This document shows positions 11,595-21,095 of a stretch of 47,890 bases of DNA, piece by piece. The notes below the pieces were generated by a model. It worked only from the letters and a program-made list of their open reading frames with translations. It was not told the DNA's origin and searched no databases. This DNA comes from a virus (lineage: Duplodnaviria > Heunggongvirae > Uroviricota > Caudoviricetes): IMG/VR virus record IMGVR_UViG_2671180896_000002; one strand, 5' to 3'. The position numbers and the translations under genes were made by a program. Position 1 is the first letter of the stretch, and the number at the start of each line of letters is the position of its first letter.

Positions 11595-11915
11595 CTACAC
11601 ACACTGCTCCTGAAAATACTGGTCATCCAGTGCAAAGATCACTGCTTCAAACTCATCGCGCTCAATCAATACCGGATGAGTGGCTAAATATTCATTTATC
11701 TCTGTCAGAGATAAAGGCAAAGGCACCCCGGTCATTCCAGCATAACGTCGGGCACGGGATATTACCGAATAGGCGTACAACAATTCCTTAAGCACCGGGT
11801 CTATTTCTGGTTCCGGTATCGGTGGCAACCTGAGTTTTTCTCGCTTCCATCTTGCCTTTTCCCCCCTTTCTCCCCCGAACTCCGATAACCACCGCTGGGC
11901 GGCTATGGCTTTTTT
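11595..11915 (-). CDS. T-like extension of the tail assembly chaperone (expressed as G-T fusion after -1 frameshift)
   Basis: -1 frame relative to G is open from the slippery site through ...RLPPIPEPEIDPVLKELLYAYS... to the stop at 11595; conserved G/G-T arrangement upstream of tape measure genes. Confidence 0.7.
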   Translation of the reverse strand, partial: KKAIAAQRWLSEFGGERGEKARWKREKLRLPPIPEPEIDPVLKELLYAYSVISRARRYAGMTGVPLPLSLTEINEYLATHPVLIERDEFEAVIFALDDQYFQEQCV

Positions 11916-12364
11916 ATCGTATCCTGCTTCTGCTGCTCTTTACCCTGGGCGATGCTGGCTGCTTCTGCAAGGATCTGCCAGTACAACTCTGGATTCTGCT
12001 TAAGCAGCGCGATCCCTCGTTCTGGCGTATATTCCAGTGCAACCTCAGCACCATTAACCAGTTCACCAACCCCTTTCCAGTCTTTCAGCAGATAACGAGC
12101 AGCATTATCAATGAGTAAATCATCAACAGAATCTACCTCGGAAACCTTTGAAATATCAAACTCCTTCGTTCCGACGTGCAAACTGGCATCCATTTTCTCA
12201 ATGTGACGACGGATTAATGCATTACGGGAGCGATACTGATCGTTATCGCTGCTTGCCACCAACAGTTTTAACCCGTCTACAGGTTTTAAGTCCTTCATTG
12301 GCGTAAACCAGCGTTCTCCACCGATGATAATTTTCTGATTAAGAATAAACATCCATAACCTCAT
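11903..12364 (-). CDS. Tail assembly chaperone G
   Basis: 153-aa ORF directly downstream of the major tail gene; AGGGGGA SD 9 nt upstream of ATG at 12364; ends at TAG 11903-11905 immediately after the slippery heptamer. Confidence 0.8.
   Translation of the reverse strand: MRLWMFILNQKIIIGGERWFTPMKDLKPVDGLKLLVASSDNDQYRSRNALIRRHIEKMDASLHVGTKEFDISKVSEVDSVDDLLIDNAARYLLKDWKGVGELVNGAEVALEYTPERGIALLKQNPELYWQILAEAASIAQGKEQQKQDTIKKP
11909..11915 (-). other. Programmed -1 ribosomal frameshift site (slippery heptamer A AAA AAG)
   Basis: Minus-strand codons ATA AAA AAG CCA TAG at the end of G; the -1 frame is open from here to 11595 with no stop codon, and the downstream ORF frame (coordinate mod 3) matches a -1 shift. 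Confidence 0.75.
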
Positions 12365-12412
12365 TCAATGCGTCCCCCTGTAGTGCAGTACCACAGGGGG
12401 AATAACGGAAAA

Positions 12413-13375
12413 TCAACTAATCGCATCAGCACTGGCTTTTGCGATCACGGCAGTCGGGGAGCATTTTTTTCTGGTTATCGTAGGTGCTTCATCTGCTGCG
12501 GTAATGCTCAATTGAACCTGGATAATGTCAGTATTACCCCCATCAGGCCATTCACCTGACACCTGAACCTTCGGGAAACTGAAAGTGTATGCCCCCTCTC
12601 CATTCGAAAGCGTGAAGCTGAACGGAACTGTTTCTCCAGTCAGTGTTTTACTCCAGATTTCCCACGCGGCTTTAGACCATGAAAGCGTCACCGTACCGGA
12701 CGGTGTAAAAGTAGTCGGAATATTTGCTCCTGCATAAGGCGAGCCAGTCCCGATACAACGCTGTGTCTGGAGTTTGTTATCGAACTGAATATCAAAACTG
12801 TCGATACAAAAACCGTTACCTCCGGCAACACCATTCAGGCTTACTGCTGAAACCGCCTTAAACGAATAGCGTAACTTTCCTGCACTATCCACAGGTTCGC
12901 CTTTGATAAAATTCGTATCATCGGCCTTTGATTCCCAGCCCAGCCCGGCAAAGGTTACGGTCGCTGTAATATCGCCGTCGTTAGGGATCTGCATTTTCCA
13001 TGAGCCAACCTGCGCTCCTCTGACGACAGAGGCAATTCCGACATCGGACGCATAGGTCGCCAGAGAAAATGTTATTCGCTCATTCCCCATTGTCAGAGAA
13101 TCGCCTGACCATTCCGCGCCGAAACAGGATGCAAGAAAATCATCATGTTGACCCCAGCGAAATTTGGTACCAACATCACCGCCGACATCCACAGTGCCAG
13201 GCGTCGCCCCCTGAGCCATCCGGGAGCCACCAATCTCATTATTTTCGCCTTTATTCTGGGTGGGTTTTACTCCCCAGCTTGTGCGTTTTAATAAACTCCA
13301 GTCACCACTTGCTGGCGTAGTGCCTGCAACTGTCTCCCGGATAAATGCCGAGATAACCTTTGCACCTGAACTCAC
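12413..13375 (-). CDS. Major tail protein (V-like)
   Basis: 320-aa ORF with GTG start preceded by AGGAGG SD; position between tail terminator-like gene and G; size and Ser/Thr/Gly-rich composition typical of siphovirus major tail subunit with C-terminal extension. Confidence 0.7.
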   Translation of the reverse strand: MSSGAKVISAFIRETVAGTTPASGDWSLLKRTSWGVKPTQNKGENNEIGGSRMAQGATPGTVDVGGDVGTKFRWGQHDDFLASCFGAEWSGDSLTMGNERITFSLATYASDVGIASVVRGAQVGSWKMQIPNDGDITATVTFAGLGWESKADDTNFIKGEPVDSAGKLRYSFKAVSAVSLNGVAGGNGFCIDSFDIQFDNKLQTQRCIGTGSPYAGANIPTTFTPSGTVTLSWSKAAWEIWSKTLTGETVPFSFTLSNGEGAYTFSFPKVQVSGEWPDGGNTDIIQVQLSITAADEAPTITRKKCSPTAVIAKASADAIS

Positions 13376-13401
13376 AGGAGCCTCCTATGTCATTAATTGC
13401 G

Positions 13402-13794
13402 CTAGAGCGCGTGATATGGAATTTGAAGATTAAGCTGGAACCAGCCATTCTTTTCGCCGACGGCTATTGAGGAAACAGCCTGGTAACTGAGACGATCGTC
13501 ATCCTGAAACTCAAACAGTTCCCGCAATTTATCGGCTGTCTCAGTAATGAGTTTTGAACCAGAACCTGCGGGGACAAATAACTGAATAATGATTATCCCC
13601 GTGCGATAAACAACCGGCCCCGCGCCAATTTCATTAACTCCAGCCTGCCCGGGAATATTACTTAACCGCGCCCAGATTAACTTACCGGAAGGATCGAACG
13701 TTGGCGCGTTCGGATACAATACGTCTTTTCCATCAATAATCGTCTGTGCCGTCATTCTGGAAATAACCGTATTTCTGATTTCAGTAAACGTCAT
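13402..13794 (-). CDS. Tail terminator / tail completion protein (U-like, by position)
   Basis: 130-aa ORF immediately upstream of the major tail gene; assignment by gene order only. Confidence 0.5.
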   Translation of the reverse strand: MTFTEIRNTVISRMTAQTIIDGKDVLYPNAPTFDPSGKLIWARLSNIPGQAGVNEIGAGPVVYRTGIIIIQLFVPAGSGSKLITETADKLRELFEFQDDDRLSYQAVSSIAVGEKNGWFQLNLQIPYHAL

Positions 13795-14171
13795 TTGTAA
13801 GCCTGTAAAACACCATGAAAAGCGTTGGCATACACGCCAGTTGGCGCTTGTTGTGAATGACCGTTTTCAAGAGCCTCTGCATAAGGAAGGTTATTCTGGA
13901 TATAAATAACTCCGTAATTTGCAGCTTTCGAAATAACCCCGATCCCACGCTGAACCGCAATCGTACCGTTCGGATCCACGTTATCAGATATACCAAAATC
14001 GGGATGCTGTAACGACACCAGGTTGTTATTTCTGAAACGTCCGGTATCAACCGGAGCAGCAATATCAATAGCAGTAAGAATCTGCATAGCGATGTAGCGA
14101 ATTTTCAGCCCCACATCTTCCTCAATCATCCCGGCAAATATTGACGGTTCTATATCCCATGCCTTTGCCAT
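13791..14171 (-). CDS. Head-tail joining / tail completion protein (Z-like, by position)
   Basis: 126-aa ORF in the head-tail connector block, 4-nt overlap with the downstream gene; assignment by synteny. Confidence 0.5.
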   Translation of the reverse strand: MAKAWDIEPSIFAGMIEEDVGLKIRYIAMQILTAIDIAAPVDTGRFRNNNLVSLQHPDFGISDNVDPNGTIAVQRGIGVISKAANYGVIYIQNNLPYAEALENGHSQQAPTGVYANAFHGVLQAYK

Positions 14172-14555
14172 TTACGCTCTCCTTAACTGGATAGAGTAAA
14201 CTGATGCGGAAGGATCTACACTCGCTGTAATTACCTCGTATCGTTGTAACTGCCTTAATACAGGATCATAAATCTCAATAATATGGTCGACAGCGGGTTT
14301 ATCCGTAACCTCGCATACCAGAGCGGTTAATTTAAGGTCACCATGCAAAATATTAATCCCATCAATTCTGCCCAGCTTATAACGTGTCAACACGCCTCGC
14401 CCGGTATAGATTGCGGTGGATTCGCCGCCAGTTTCCGTCACAGGATCCCAGTGCCGGTGCGTAACGTAAGAACCAGAAAAATCACTCACGGCGTCCGCTA
14501 AATCCTCATCAAAAGCAGCGGCAACCTCTGACTGAATCTCTTCACGAAGCCCCAT
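14172..14555 (-). CDS. Head-tail adaptor / head completion protein (by position)
   Basis: 127-aa ORF between the connector-like gene and tail completion genes; start overlaps upstream stop. Confidence 0.5.
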   Translation of the reverse strand: MGLREEIQSEVAAAFDEDLADAVSDFSGSYVTHRHWDPVTETGGESTAIYTGRGVLTRYKLGRIDGINILHGDLKLTALVCEVTDKPAVDHIIEIYDPVLRQLQRYEVITASVDPSASVYSIQLRRA

Positions 14556-14950
14556 TATCCCCCCCTCACAACCCTGACTTGTGAGCGACTAAGTCCGTAC
14601 GGTTTCAGCAGTGCTATCGCAAGCTGTAAATCGGGTTCAAGCAATGCAGTGCTGTTTGCTGGCAACTCAGAAAATGATTTCGATACACTGACCCCGTCAG
14701 CCGACACGGCTTTACTGATAACAACGCCAGAATCATTTTTCTGCTGAAACAACTTACCGAATGAGGCAATTCTGGCTGCATATGCTCCCGCAAGTTTTAC
14801 CTCTTCCGGAATACGGGATGGGTTAATTTTCAGGTTGAAGCCATTAAGCCAGGCATTAGCCATTAAAACAGCTTTATTTTTAGCGTTCTCACTCGTCCAG
14901 GCGTTCCCAAACGCATTATCAACGTCATCACAGGTCACGTAAGTGATCAT
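14555..14950 (-). CDS. Head-tail connector protein (gp6-like, by position)
   Basis: 131-aa ORF MITYVTCDDVDNAFGNAWTSENAKNKAVLMANAWL...; first gene after capsid gene and terminator, typical location of phage head-tail connector. Confidence 0.5.
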   Translation of the reverse strand: MITYVTCDDVDNAFGNAWTSENAKNKAVLMANAWLNGFNLKINPSRIPEEVKLAGAYAARIASFGKLFQQKNDSGVVISKAVSADGVSVSKSFSELPANSTALLEPDLQLAIALLKPYGLSRSQVRVVRGG

Positions 14951-14953
14951 GTG

Positions 14954-15130
14954 TTACTCCTGAGTTTTCCAGCCCATAGCCTTCCAGTTGTCAACTTCAT
15001 CAGGATGAACATTAGCGATAGTTGGTGCGCCGGGAAACATCTGATAATCGGTCACCATAACCACTAACTCAATTTGCGTTTTTTGTGCGGCTTCACGCTG
15101 TGCTCTTTGCTCTTTAGTTAATCCGGCCAT
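14954..15130 (-). CDS. Small hypothetical protein (58 aa) between capsid and connector genes
   Basis: ORF below the 60-aa cutoff of the supplied track: MAGLTKEQRAQREAAQKTQIELVVMVTDYQMFPGAPTIANVHPDEVDNWKAMGWKTQE; ATG at 15130, TAA at 14954-14956; fills the otherwise empty gap. Confidence 0.4.
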   Translation of the reverse strand: MAGLTKEQRAQREAAQKTQIELVVMVTDYQMFPGAPTIANVHPDEVDNWKAMGWKTQE

Positions 15131-15141
15131 ATGCCCCCCAT

Positions 15142-15166
15142 TAAAAATGGGGCCGAAGCCCCGTTT
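15142..15166 (-). terminator. Rho-independent terminator after the major capsid gene
   Basis: Minus strand: ACGGGGC-TTCG-GCCCC followed by ATTTTTAA, 7 nt downstream of the capsid stop. Confidence 0.6.
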
Positions 15167-15172
15167 GAATGT

Positions 15173-16312
15173 TTAACCAAGAATCAGACAACCATGTGCC
15201 GGCTTCACTGATGAAACACCCCATGCCAGTCCAACTTCATAGCGCACCTGGCGATACTGACGATACAGTGCAATCTGGAACGTAATCCCTGAAATCGGGT
15301 CCGTAACATTCATTACATCATCAGCATTATCGCCACCTTCCGGCATTGCCGGAGTACGGGATGCCAGCAGAAACGCGTTGCGATCAAACGCCATATTTGC
15401 AGTAAAGGCCCCAACAACTGTGATGGCAGTATCATCGGCCAGATCCTGACGCAGTCCGGGCGCTGCAAGAGTAATCAGATTGCTGGTCGCTGCTGCTACA
15501 ACATACTGATTCGGATCACCAGCGAACGTAACAATCTGACCTGCAGAAATACTCCCCGAACCAGTATCAATGGAAATAAGAACATCGCCTTCTTTTTTCT
15601 CTCCATTCACGAGATAACCAGTTGCAGCAACCTTTGGCGCTCGTTTCACACCTGCCGAACTATGAATATTGAATCCCTCCAGACGCCCCAACACGCCCTC
15701 ACGCAGTAGCTGTTCAGTGCCGGATTCATTCACTTTAAACAATACAGACTGTTTTCCGCGCAAATTAGCAATGGCAGTGGAGCCAAGCACCATCTGCAGA
15801 TCGGTTGTCGGTGCGCCGTTATCCTCCAGAACCTGACGAGCCAGAGCAGCATCAGAAAGATCATCTTTAACACCAAACGGCGTTGTCCCTGCGGTTCCCA
15901 CGGCGCGGGAAGCACCGAAATACAACGCACCAAGATCAGCCTCAACCTCGTTTGCAAGGGCGCGAAAAGCCTGCTTGAACTGATCAGCCAGAATGGTGTT
16001 GTAAGTCCCTGAAGGGCCAAGAGCCAGTTGTTCTTCACCATTCCATTTAACCGGTGCCATTTTGGATTTAGTAATTTTTACATCAACAGTGCCAATATTT
16101 TGATCACCGGTATTCGGAGCTGACGGCCCCGGTACGATATCTTCGGTTTTCGCCTCAGGCGCAACTGGCGCGGTTACCGTTTGATCTTTTGCTGCGGCGT
16201 CAGCTTTTGCGTTTTTTGCTACCGCAGGGATAAAACCTACCTGCTCACGGGATACAACATCCAGGGCGGTATAAATAGTCGGGATCAACCCGGTCAGGGT
16301 ATTTCCAGCCAT
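15173..16312 (-). CDS. Major capsid protein
   Basis: ORF open to 16405 but probable start MAGNTLTGLIPTIYTALDVV... at 16312 with AAGGAA SD; ~380 aa, downstream of the scaffold gene and followed by a strong terminator. Confidence 0.75.
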   Translation of the reverse strand: MAGNTLTGLIPTIYTALDVVSREQVGFIPAVAKNAKADAAAKDQTVTAPVAPEAKTEDIVPGPSAPNTGDQNIGTVDVKITKSKMAPVKWNGEEQLALGPSGTYNTILADQFKQAFRALANEVEADLGALYFGASRAVGTAGTTPFGVKDDLSDAALARQVLEDNGAPTTDLQMVLGSTAIANLRGKQSVLFKVNESGTEQLLREGVLGRLEGFNIHSSAGVKRAPKVAATGYLVNGEKKEGDVLISIDTGSGSISAGQIVTFAGDPNQYVVAAATSNLITLAAPGLRQDLADDTAITVVGAFTANMAFDRNAFLLASRTPAMPEGGDNADDVMNVTDPISGITFQIALYRQYRQVRYEVGLAWGVSSVKPAHGCLILG

Positions 16313-16410
16313 AATTAAATATTCCTTAAAAATTTGCGTAATTGTGAATAGATGGAGTAATGAGCTATCCAGCCCTGACACCAGCTCCCATCCGGAAGCT
16401 GACAAATGTG

Positions 16411-17175
16411 TTAATCAACGATTGTGATACCGTCTTTCAATGCGTTTTGCTTACCTGCAACATCCAGTGCATCAAAAGCAGAGCGTTTCATCGTTTTCTG
16501 ACCAATATCATGCTGTGTCGGACGGGAGCCGCCGCCATTGTTGCCACTGGCTTTCAGGATGTAGTCTTTCTGAGGGTAATTTTCGACAAGGAACTCCAGC
16601 GCCTCATCAAACTGCGCCAGTTCGCCAGGCTTCGCGCGGGAATAAATTTTGTTGCCGGAAGCGTCATAAGCAACGATCCTCCCTTCTTCCACTTTGAATG
16701 CCTGCCCGAAGCGGGCTTGTAATAAATCTGCCGGGATCGCAATTTTATCGGCAATATATTTTGAACCCGCAAAACTACCGCCAATCATAGAATCGTAAAG
16801 CTGCTTCTCCAGCATCTGAGAGCGTTGCTTTTCTTCATCTAATTGCTGCTGAAAATTTTTCGTAATTTCTGCCTTAACCTGGTCAACCTGTCCCGCATCG
16901 AGCAGCTTTTTCTGGTCGATTTTTGACAGCATTTCCAGTGCCTCGATCGCCTTCTTCGGGTCTTCGATAGCGGCAAACTTAGCCAGTTTTTCCTCTGCAG
17001 CTTCTTTAGCCAGGCGATGATTTTTTGCCTCGCCATTAAGCTCTGTAATTTTTTTTGTCGCCAGCGGTGCATCGAAGCCAATTTCTTTACCATCGTCGTG
17101 CACATAAACTGGCAGGCCAGCAGTATCAATTTCTGCGTATTGTTTTCCGTTAATCTCGACCGTTTTCAGTTTCAT
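16411..17175 (-). CDS. Head scaffolding protein
   Basis: 254 aa from MKLKTVEINGKQYAEID... (ATG 17175); charged, coiled-coil-rich (EEKQRSQMLEKQLYD) sequence between minor head protein and capsid genes. Confidence 0.65.
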   Translation of the reverse strand: MKLKTVEINGKQYAEIDTAGLPVYVHDDGKEIGFDAPLATKKITELNGEAKNHRLAKEAAEEKLAKFAAIEDPKKAIEALEMLSKIDQKKLLDAGQVDQVKAEITKNFQQQLDEEKQRSQMLEKQLYDSMIGGSFAGSKYIADKIAIPADLLQARFGQAFKVEEGRIVAYDASGNKIYSRAKPGELAQFDEALEFLVENYPQKDYILKASGNNGGGSRPTQHDIGQKTMKRSAFDALDVAGKQNALKDGITIVD

Positions 17176-17234
17176 ATTAGTACCTGGTTTAAGTCTTCCG
17201 ACAGTTACGCTGCTCACCATCCGGATCGCAGCAA

Positions 17235-17259
17235 TAAAAAAGGCCACCCGAAGGTAGCC
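17235..17259 (-). terminator. Terminator-like hairpin between minor head protein and scaffold genes
   Basis: Minus strand: GGCTACC-TTCG-GGTGGCC (one G-U pair) followed by TTTTTT. Confidence 0.5.
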
Positions 17260-17279
17260 TGTTGTAATAAATGATTTAT

Positions 17280-18395
17280 TTAAATCCCTGCTTTTCTGAA
17301 TACCTGTGCATCACGCTCACGGAGCTGCTTCAGCGTCAGCCATTCGCCTTTATCGGTGTAAAATTCATCTGGCGACATACCACCATCCCGAATCAGCTTT
17401 GCTCGGGTTTCCCCCACAATCTGTTTTTGTCTGGTGTAAGGCTGACGCAAAAACCATTCCCTGTAGGTTGTATCTCCGGCCACCACGCCATCCATGCTGG
17501 CCCGCTCAGCCGGGGAAATATCGCGAACATCAATACCCAGTTCCTTCGCTGATTTCAGAATGAACGTTTCCGTTGAGCGGCAGCAGAAATGAATTTTTCC
17601 CGGCCCCTGCAAATAAGGCACGCTGTGACCTACAGGTTTATTATTCAGCGTATATTTGAGGCGATCCCTGATTCGACATTGTGGCGTAGTACGATTATCA
17701 AGCGTTGATAACCATTGCTTACCCTTAATCAAATCATTATTCGCGCTGGCAAAACTCTCACGGGCAGTAGCAGCAAGATGTCCAACCGCTGTTTTTGCAA
17801 TGCTGGCCGCATTAGCCCGGCTCATCTGCAATGCACCATCCTGAAATCCCTTACTGACATGTCCCCGAATTTTTCTTGCGATCTGCTCATTGGTATCCCC
17901 CAGCAAAAAACCCTGACGCACTGTATTTGTTATGCGTCTGAGCCGATCCGCCTCAAGATCTGAGGCCCACTCACTGAGCAGTCGTCCCTGGAATGGTCGC
18001 GCCATTGCAGCGGCATAAAGTGCATCAGGAGAGATACCAACCAGAGGGTGAACATCAGCAACAAAATCAGGTAGCATAGAATCAAACAGACTTAACTGAT
18101 AACCAGCCTCATAAATTGCCAGCTCGTTCAGCTCTCCGGAGAGACTGGTAAACATGCTGTTAATAGCAGTGCGGTTAACCTTTCTGACGCTCGCCAGAAG
18201 TGACTCCAGGCGCTTAACGGTAAAATTACCTGGATCGAGGCTGTCCAGTGCTATCAGCAGGCGAGCAGTAAGTTCCGCATCGCTGTCATTCAGTATTTTC
18301 ACCATTCTGGCAGCCACGCCAGTGCTATAGCGGGATATCCAGACTGCATGAGCAATTGATTCATCACGCAGCCGTTCATTCACGGTTTGCATCAT
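17280..18395 (-). CDS. Minor head protein, Mu gpF / SPP1 gp7-like head morphogenesis protein
   Basis: 371-aa ORF directly downstream of and overlapping the portal gene; the portal then minor-head-protein order is typical of SPP1-like headful packaging modules. Confidence 0.6.
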   Translation of the reverse strand: MMQTVNERLRDESIAHAVWISRYSTGVAARMVKILNDSDAELTARLLIALDSLDPGNFTVKRLESLLASVRKVNRTAINSMFTSLSGELNELAIYEAGYQLSLFDSMLPDFVADVHPLVGISPDALYAAAMARPFQGRLLSEWASDLEADRLRRITNTVRQGFLLGDTNEQIARKIRGHVSKGFQDGALQMSRANAASIAKTAVGHLAATARESFASANNDLIKGKQWLSTLDNRTTPQCRIRDRLKYTLNNKPVGHSVPYLQGPGKIHFCCRSTETFILKSAKELGIDVRDISPAERASMDGVVAGDTTYREWFLRQPYTRQKQIVGETRAKLIRDGGMSPDEFYTDKGEWLTLKQLRERDAQVFRKAGI

Positions 18396-19782
18396 TGATT
18401 TCCATCAGCATTACACTCTGATTTTTTAATTCATCGATCACTTCCTCTGGACGGGAATCCTGATCGATAAATTTCAACGCCTGCAACACCCGAACCGCAT
18501 CAATCTGACGTATATCACCGCCCTGACGCAATGACTGAACAGCCAGCGCGGAGGATGAGTCAAACACCTGGGCAGATACATCCAGTTCAGTGCGCACATC
18601 CACATTGCCACCGCAACTCTCTCCGATCCATTCCGCCATTATCTGGAGAATATTATCGAGGGCATCTTCGAGGGAGTTCGCCATTGTATAAAGCGGCGAG
18701 TTTTCCTGCATTCGCTCTTCATTAGTCTGATCAACAGATTTGGTGGATGTATTTTCAGCACGCAGAAGTTTAGCGCCGGCATGACGCATCTGATTTTCCA
18801 GCTTCTCAAGTGATGTTTCGCCAGATTCTATCGCTGCGCCACTATGTTCAACATATTCGAGGCCATTTTTTATTCTGTCCTCAAAAATCGTAGCGGTGGA
18901 TGCACCAACCGTCAGTTCTTCATTCCTGTCCAGCCCGTAGGCCACCAGCAATGGAACGCGGGCAACATGAAGAATATTGTCCTGCTCGCTCTGGCTTTGC
19001 CAGTGCTTGATATTCAGCAAGCCAAGATTAAGCAATGGCGGTGTACCACGCATAAATCCTGTTTTCTTCGTGTACAGTGTTACCAGAGGAATATCATCAC
19101 GGCTGGTATTCCATGACTCATGAAGCGTCCAGACAGATTCGCCATTAGTGCCTTCGCTACGTCGATAAATTTCAACTCGACGGGGCATAATATGGCGGAT
19201 CTGCTCCACCTTCTTCTGCCCGAAATCATCACCATCAATAATGATGACCTCTTTTATACGCAAATCAGTGAGAACAACTTTCCCTTTTTCAACTTTCGAT
19301 TTCCATCCAATAACCTGGCGTGGATTCAGCATCGTAACGTACGGACGACCACCGGTCGCGTTTTCATCGGCTTTTGTACGAATCTCTTTCATATCCGTTC
19401 GTGGATAGTCCACCAGCGCATGTGCCACACCATACTGAAATGCGAGGCTGAAAAATTGCTGCGCCCACACATCCAGTCGGCTCCCCTCCATGTCGATATT
19501 TTCTGCATATTCCCTGATTTTTGCCGGCGTTTCCTCACTCAATACTGTCGGCTCTGCAAATATGCGCCCAATATTTTGCTTGATGCTTTCTTCATACACA
19601 GGAAGTAGCGTAGCCACAGACAGGCGTTTTTTATAAGCGTCTTCATCTTCGTTAGGCCATTTTGGGAGATAATTTTCCCCCTGCCTGCGCATTTCAAGGG
19701 TACCGCCCATCAGTGCGTCGTTAATATCCCACGCCTCCAGCATATCGTTATAGTCGAGGTTGGGTGTTGATATATCAGCCAT
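18376..19782 (-). CDS. Portal protein
   Basis: 468-aa ORF immediately downstream of the large terminase gene (3-nt gap). Confidence 0.75.
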   Translation of the reverse strand: MADISTPNLDYNDMLEAWDINDALMGGTLEMRRQGENYLPKWPNEDEDAYKKRLSVATLLPVYEESIKQNIGRIFAEPTVLSEETPAKIREYAENIDMEGSRLDVWAQQFFSLAFQYGVAHALVDYPRTDMKEIRTKADENATGGRPYVTMLNPRQVIGWKSKVEKGKVVLTDLRIKEVIIIDGDDFGQKKVEQIRHIMPRRVEIYRRSEGTNGESVWTLHESWNTSRDDIPLVTLYTKKTGFMRGTPPLLNLGLLNIKHWQSQSEQDNILHVARVPLLVAYGLDRNEELTVGASTATIFEDRIKNGLEYVEHSGAAIESGETSLEKLENQMRHAGAKLLRAENTSTKSVDQTNEERMQENSPLYTMANSLEDALDNILQIMAEWIGESCGGNVDVRTELDVSAQVFDSSSALAVQSLRQGGDIRQIDAVRVLQALKFIDQDSRPEEVIDELKNQSVMLMEINDANRE

Positions 19783-19784
19783 AA

Positions 19785-21095
19785 TTAAATCCGAAGTGAT
19801 GTGACTCTTCCGGTCGGTTTGACAATAGGGAATTGCTTAACGATGAAATAACCTCCGGCATCATTCGGGTGATCATTGCCAGATTTTTTATCAGGCTCCC
19901 CCTTCTCATCCCAGACCTGTTGCTCCAGAGATTCGGCATATAACGGGCAACGCTTCACATTAACTTTATAGCGACGCTCACCATTGGCATTGCAGAACAT
20001 TGCATTCATTGAGTTAACGCGATCTTTTACTGGCGGGTTCGAGCTGTTCACCACAACGTTAAAACCAGCCTGCTTAAGCTGGGCTATATCCGTCGTACTT
20101 GCGTTACTTGATTTTCTGGAATCCCCGGAAGCATCTGGATAAATATAAATTTCCCTCACTTTCCGGTAATCATTCCCATCATACAGCCAGAAGCGTTCTT
20201 TAATGATGCGGATCATATCCGGCGTATCGTAGGCATTGATGATTTCAGTTACCGCACATGGAAGCCCCAAACGCAGCACATGGACGATTCCCGCCATCTT
20301 TCCAACGTTAAAATCCATCCCAATATAAATCGGCTCCCCTGGCTGCTCCACTTCTTCGCAATTATTCAGTTTCCGGTCAAACTGATGGTAAACAGTACCA
20401 CTTGTCAGGTTAGTAAACTGTCCTCGAAGATAGGCTTTAATCAGCTCTGGAGGGTATGATTCAAGAAGCGAAGGAATGTAATCTGCTGGCAGGTTCTTTT
20501 CATTATCGAAAGTAGATGCCTGCACCAGACCATACAGTGAGGCCAGCTCTGTTTTTTCACGCACGGCTTTAACAAACTGCTCGTAGACAAATTTGAATCC
20601 TTCCGGCGTGGTTGTAACGTCAATACCGTTGCGAAGTCCATCAATCTTATAACGCATACGTGCAATTATCTTGCGCCACGCCGTTCTGGCTTTTTCCTTC
20701 GGCAAAATGTCCAGTTCATCCACCAACGCATTACCAATTTTGAAACCGACGATCGTTTGTGGCTTCTCCATCGATCTGCAGATAGTGGTTCCCCGATACT
20801 GGCGTCCGTAATAAAAGTGAACCTCTTTATTTCCCTCATTAATTTTTACGTTCAATCCCCAGTCAGCAGCAACTTCTTCCACTGTAGGGTAAAAAATATC
20901 GCGAATTTGGGGATACGTTGGCGCAAAATATCCCTGATTTATACCTGGATGCTCCCAAATCCCCTTGCATATGCCGCCACACCCAACCCATGTTTTGCCC
21001 GAGCCAAAACCAGCAATATAGGCTTTAAATTTATGGGGCATTGAAAGAAATCGCGCCTGAGGCACATTAAGCGTCGGAGAGATCATCTTCATCAC
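19785..21095 (-). CDS. Terminase large subunit
   Basis: 436-aa ORF with Walker A-like motif (AGFGSGKT) near the N-terminus; start overlaps the end of the small-subunit gene. Confidence 0.85.
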   Translation of the reverse strand: MMKMISPTLNVPQARFLSMPHKFKAYIAGFGSGKTWVGCGGICKGIWEHPGINQGYFAPTYPQIRDIFYPTVEEVAADWGLNVKINEGNKEVHFYYGRQYRGTTICRSMEKPQTIVGFKIGNALVDELDILPKEKARTAWRKIIARMRYKIDGLRNGIDVTTTPEGFKFVYEQFVKAVREKTELASLYGLVQASTFDNEKNLPADYIPSLLESYPPELIKAYLRGQFTNLTSGTVYHQFDRKLNNCEEVEQPGEPIYIGMDFNVGKMAGIVHVLRLGLPCAVTEIINAYDTPDMIRIIKERFWLYDGNDYRKVREIYIYPDASGDSRKSSNASTTDIAQLKQAGFNVVVNSSNPPVKDRVNSMNAMFCNANGERRYKVNVKRCPLYAESLEQQVWDEKGEPDKKSGNDHPNDAGGYFIVKQFPIVKPTGRVTSLRI

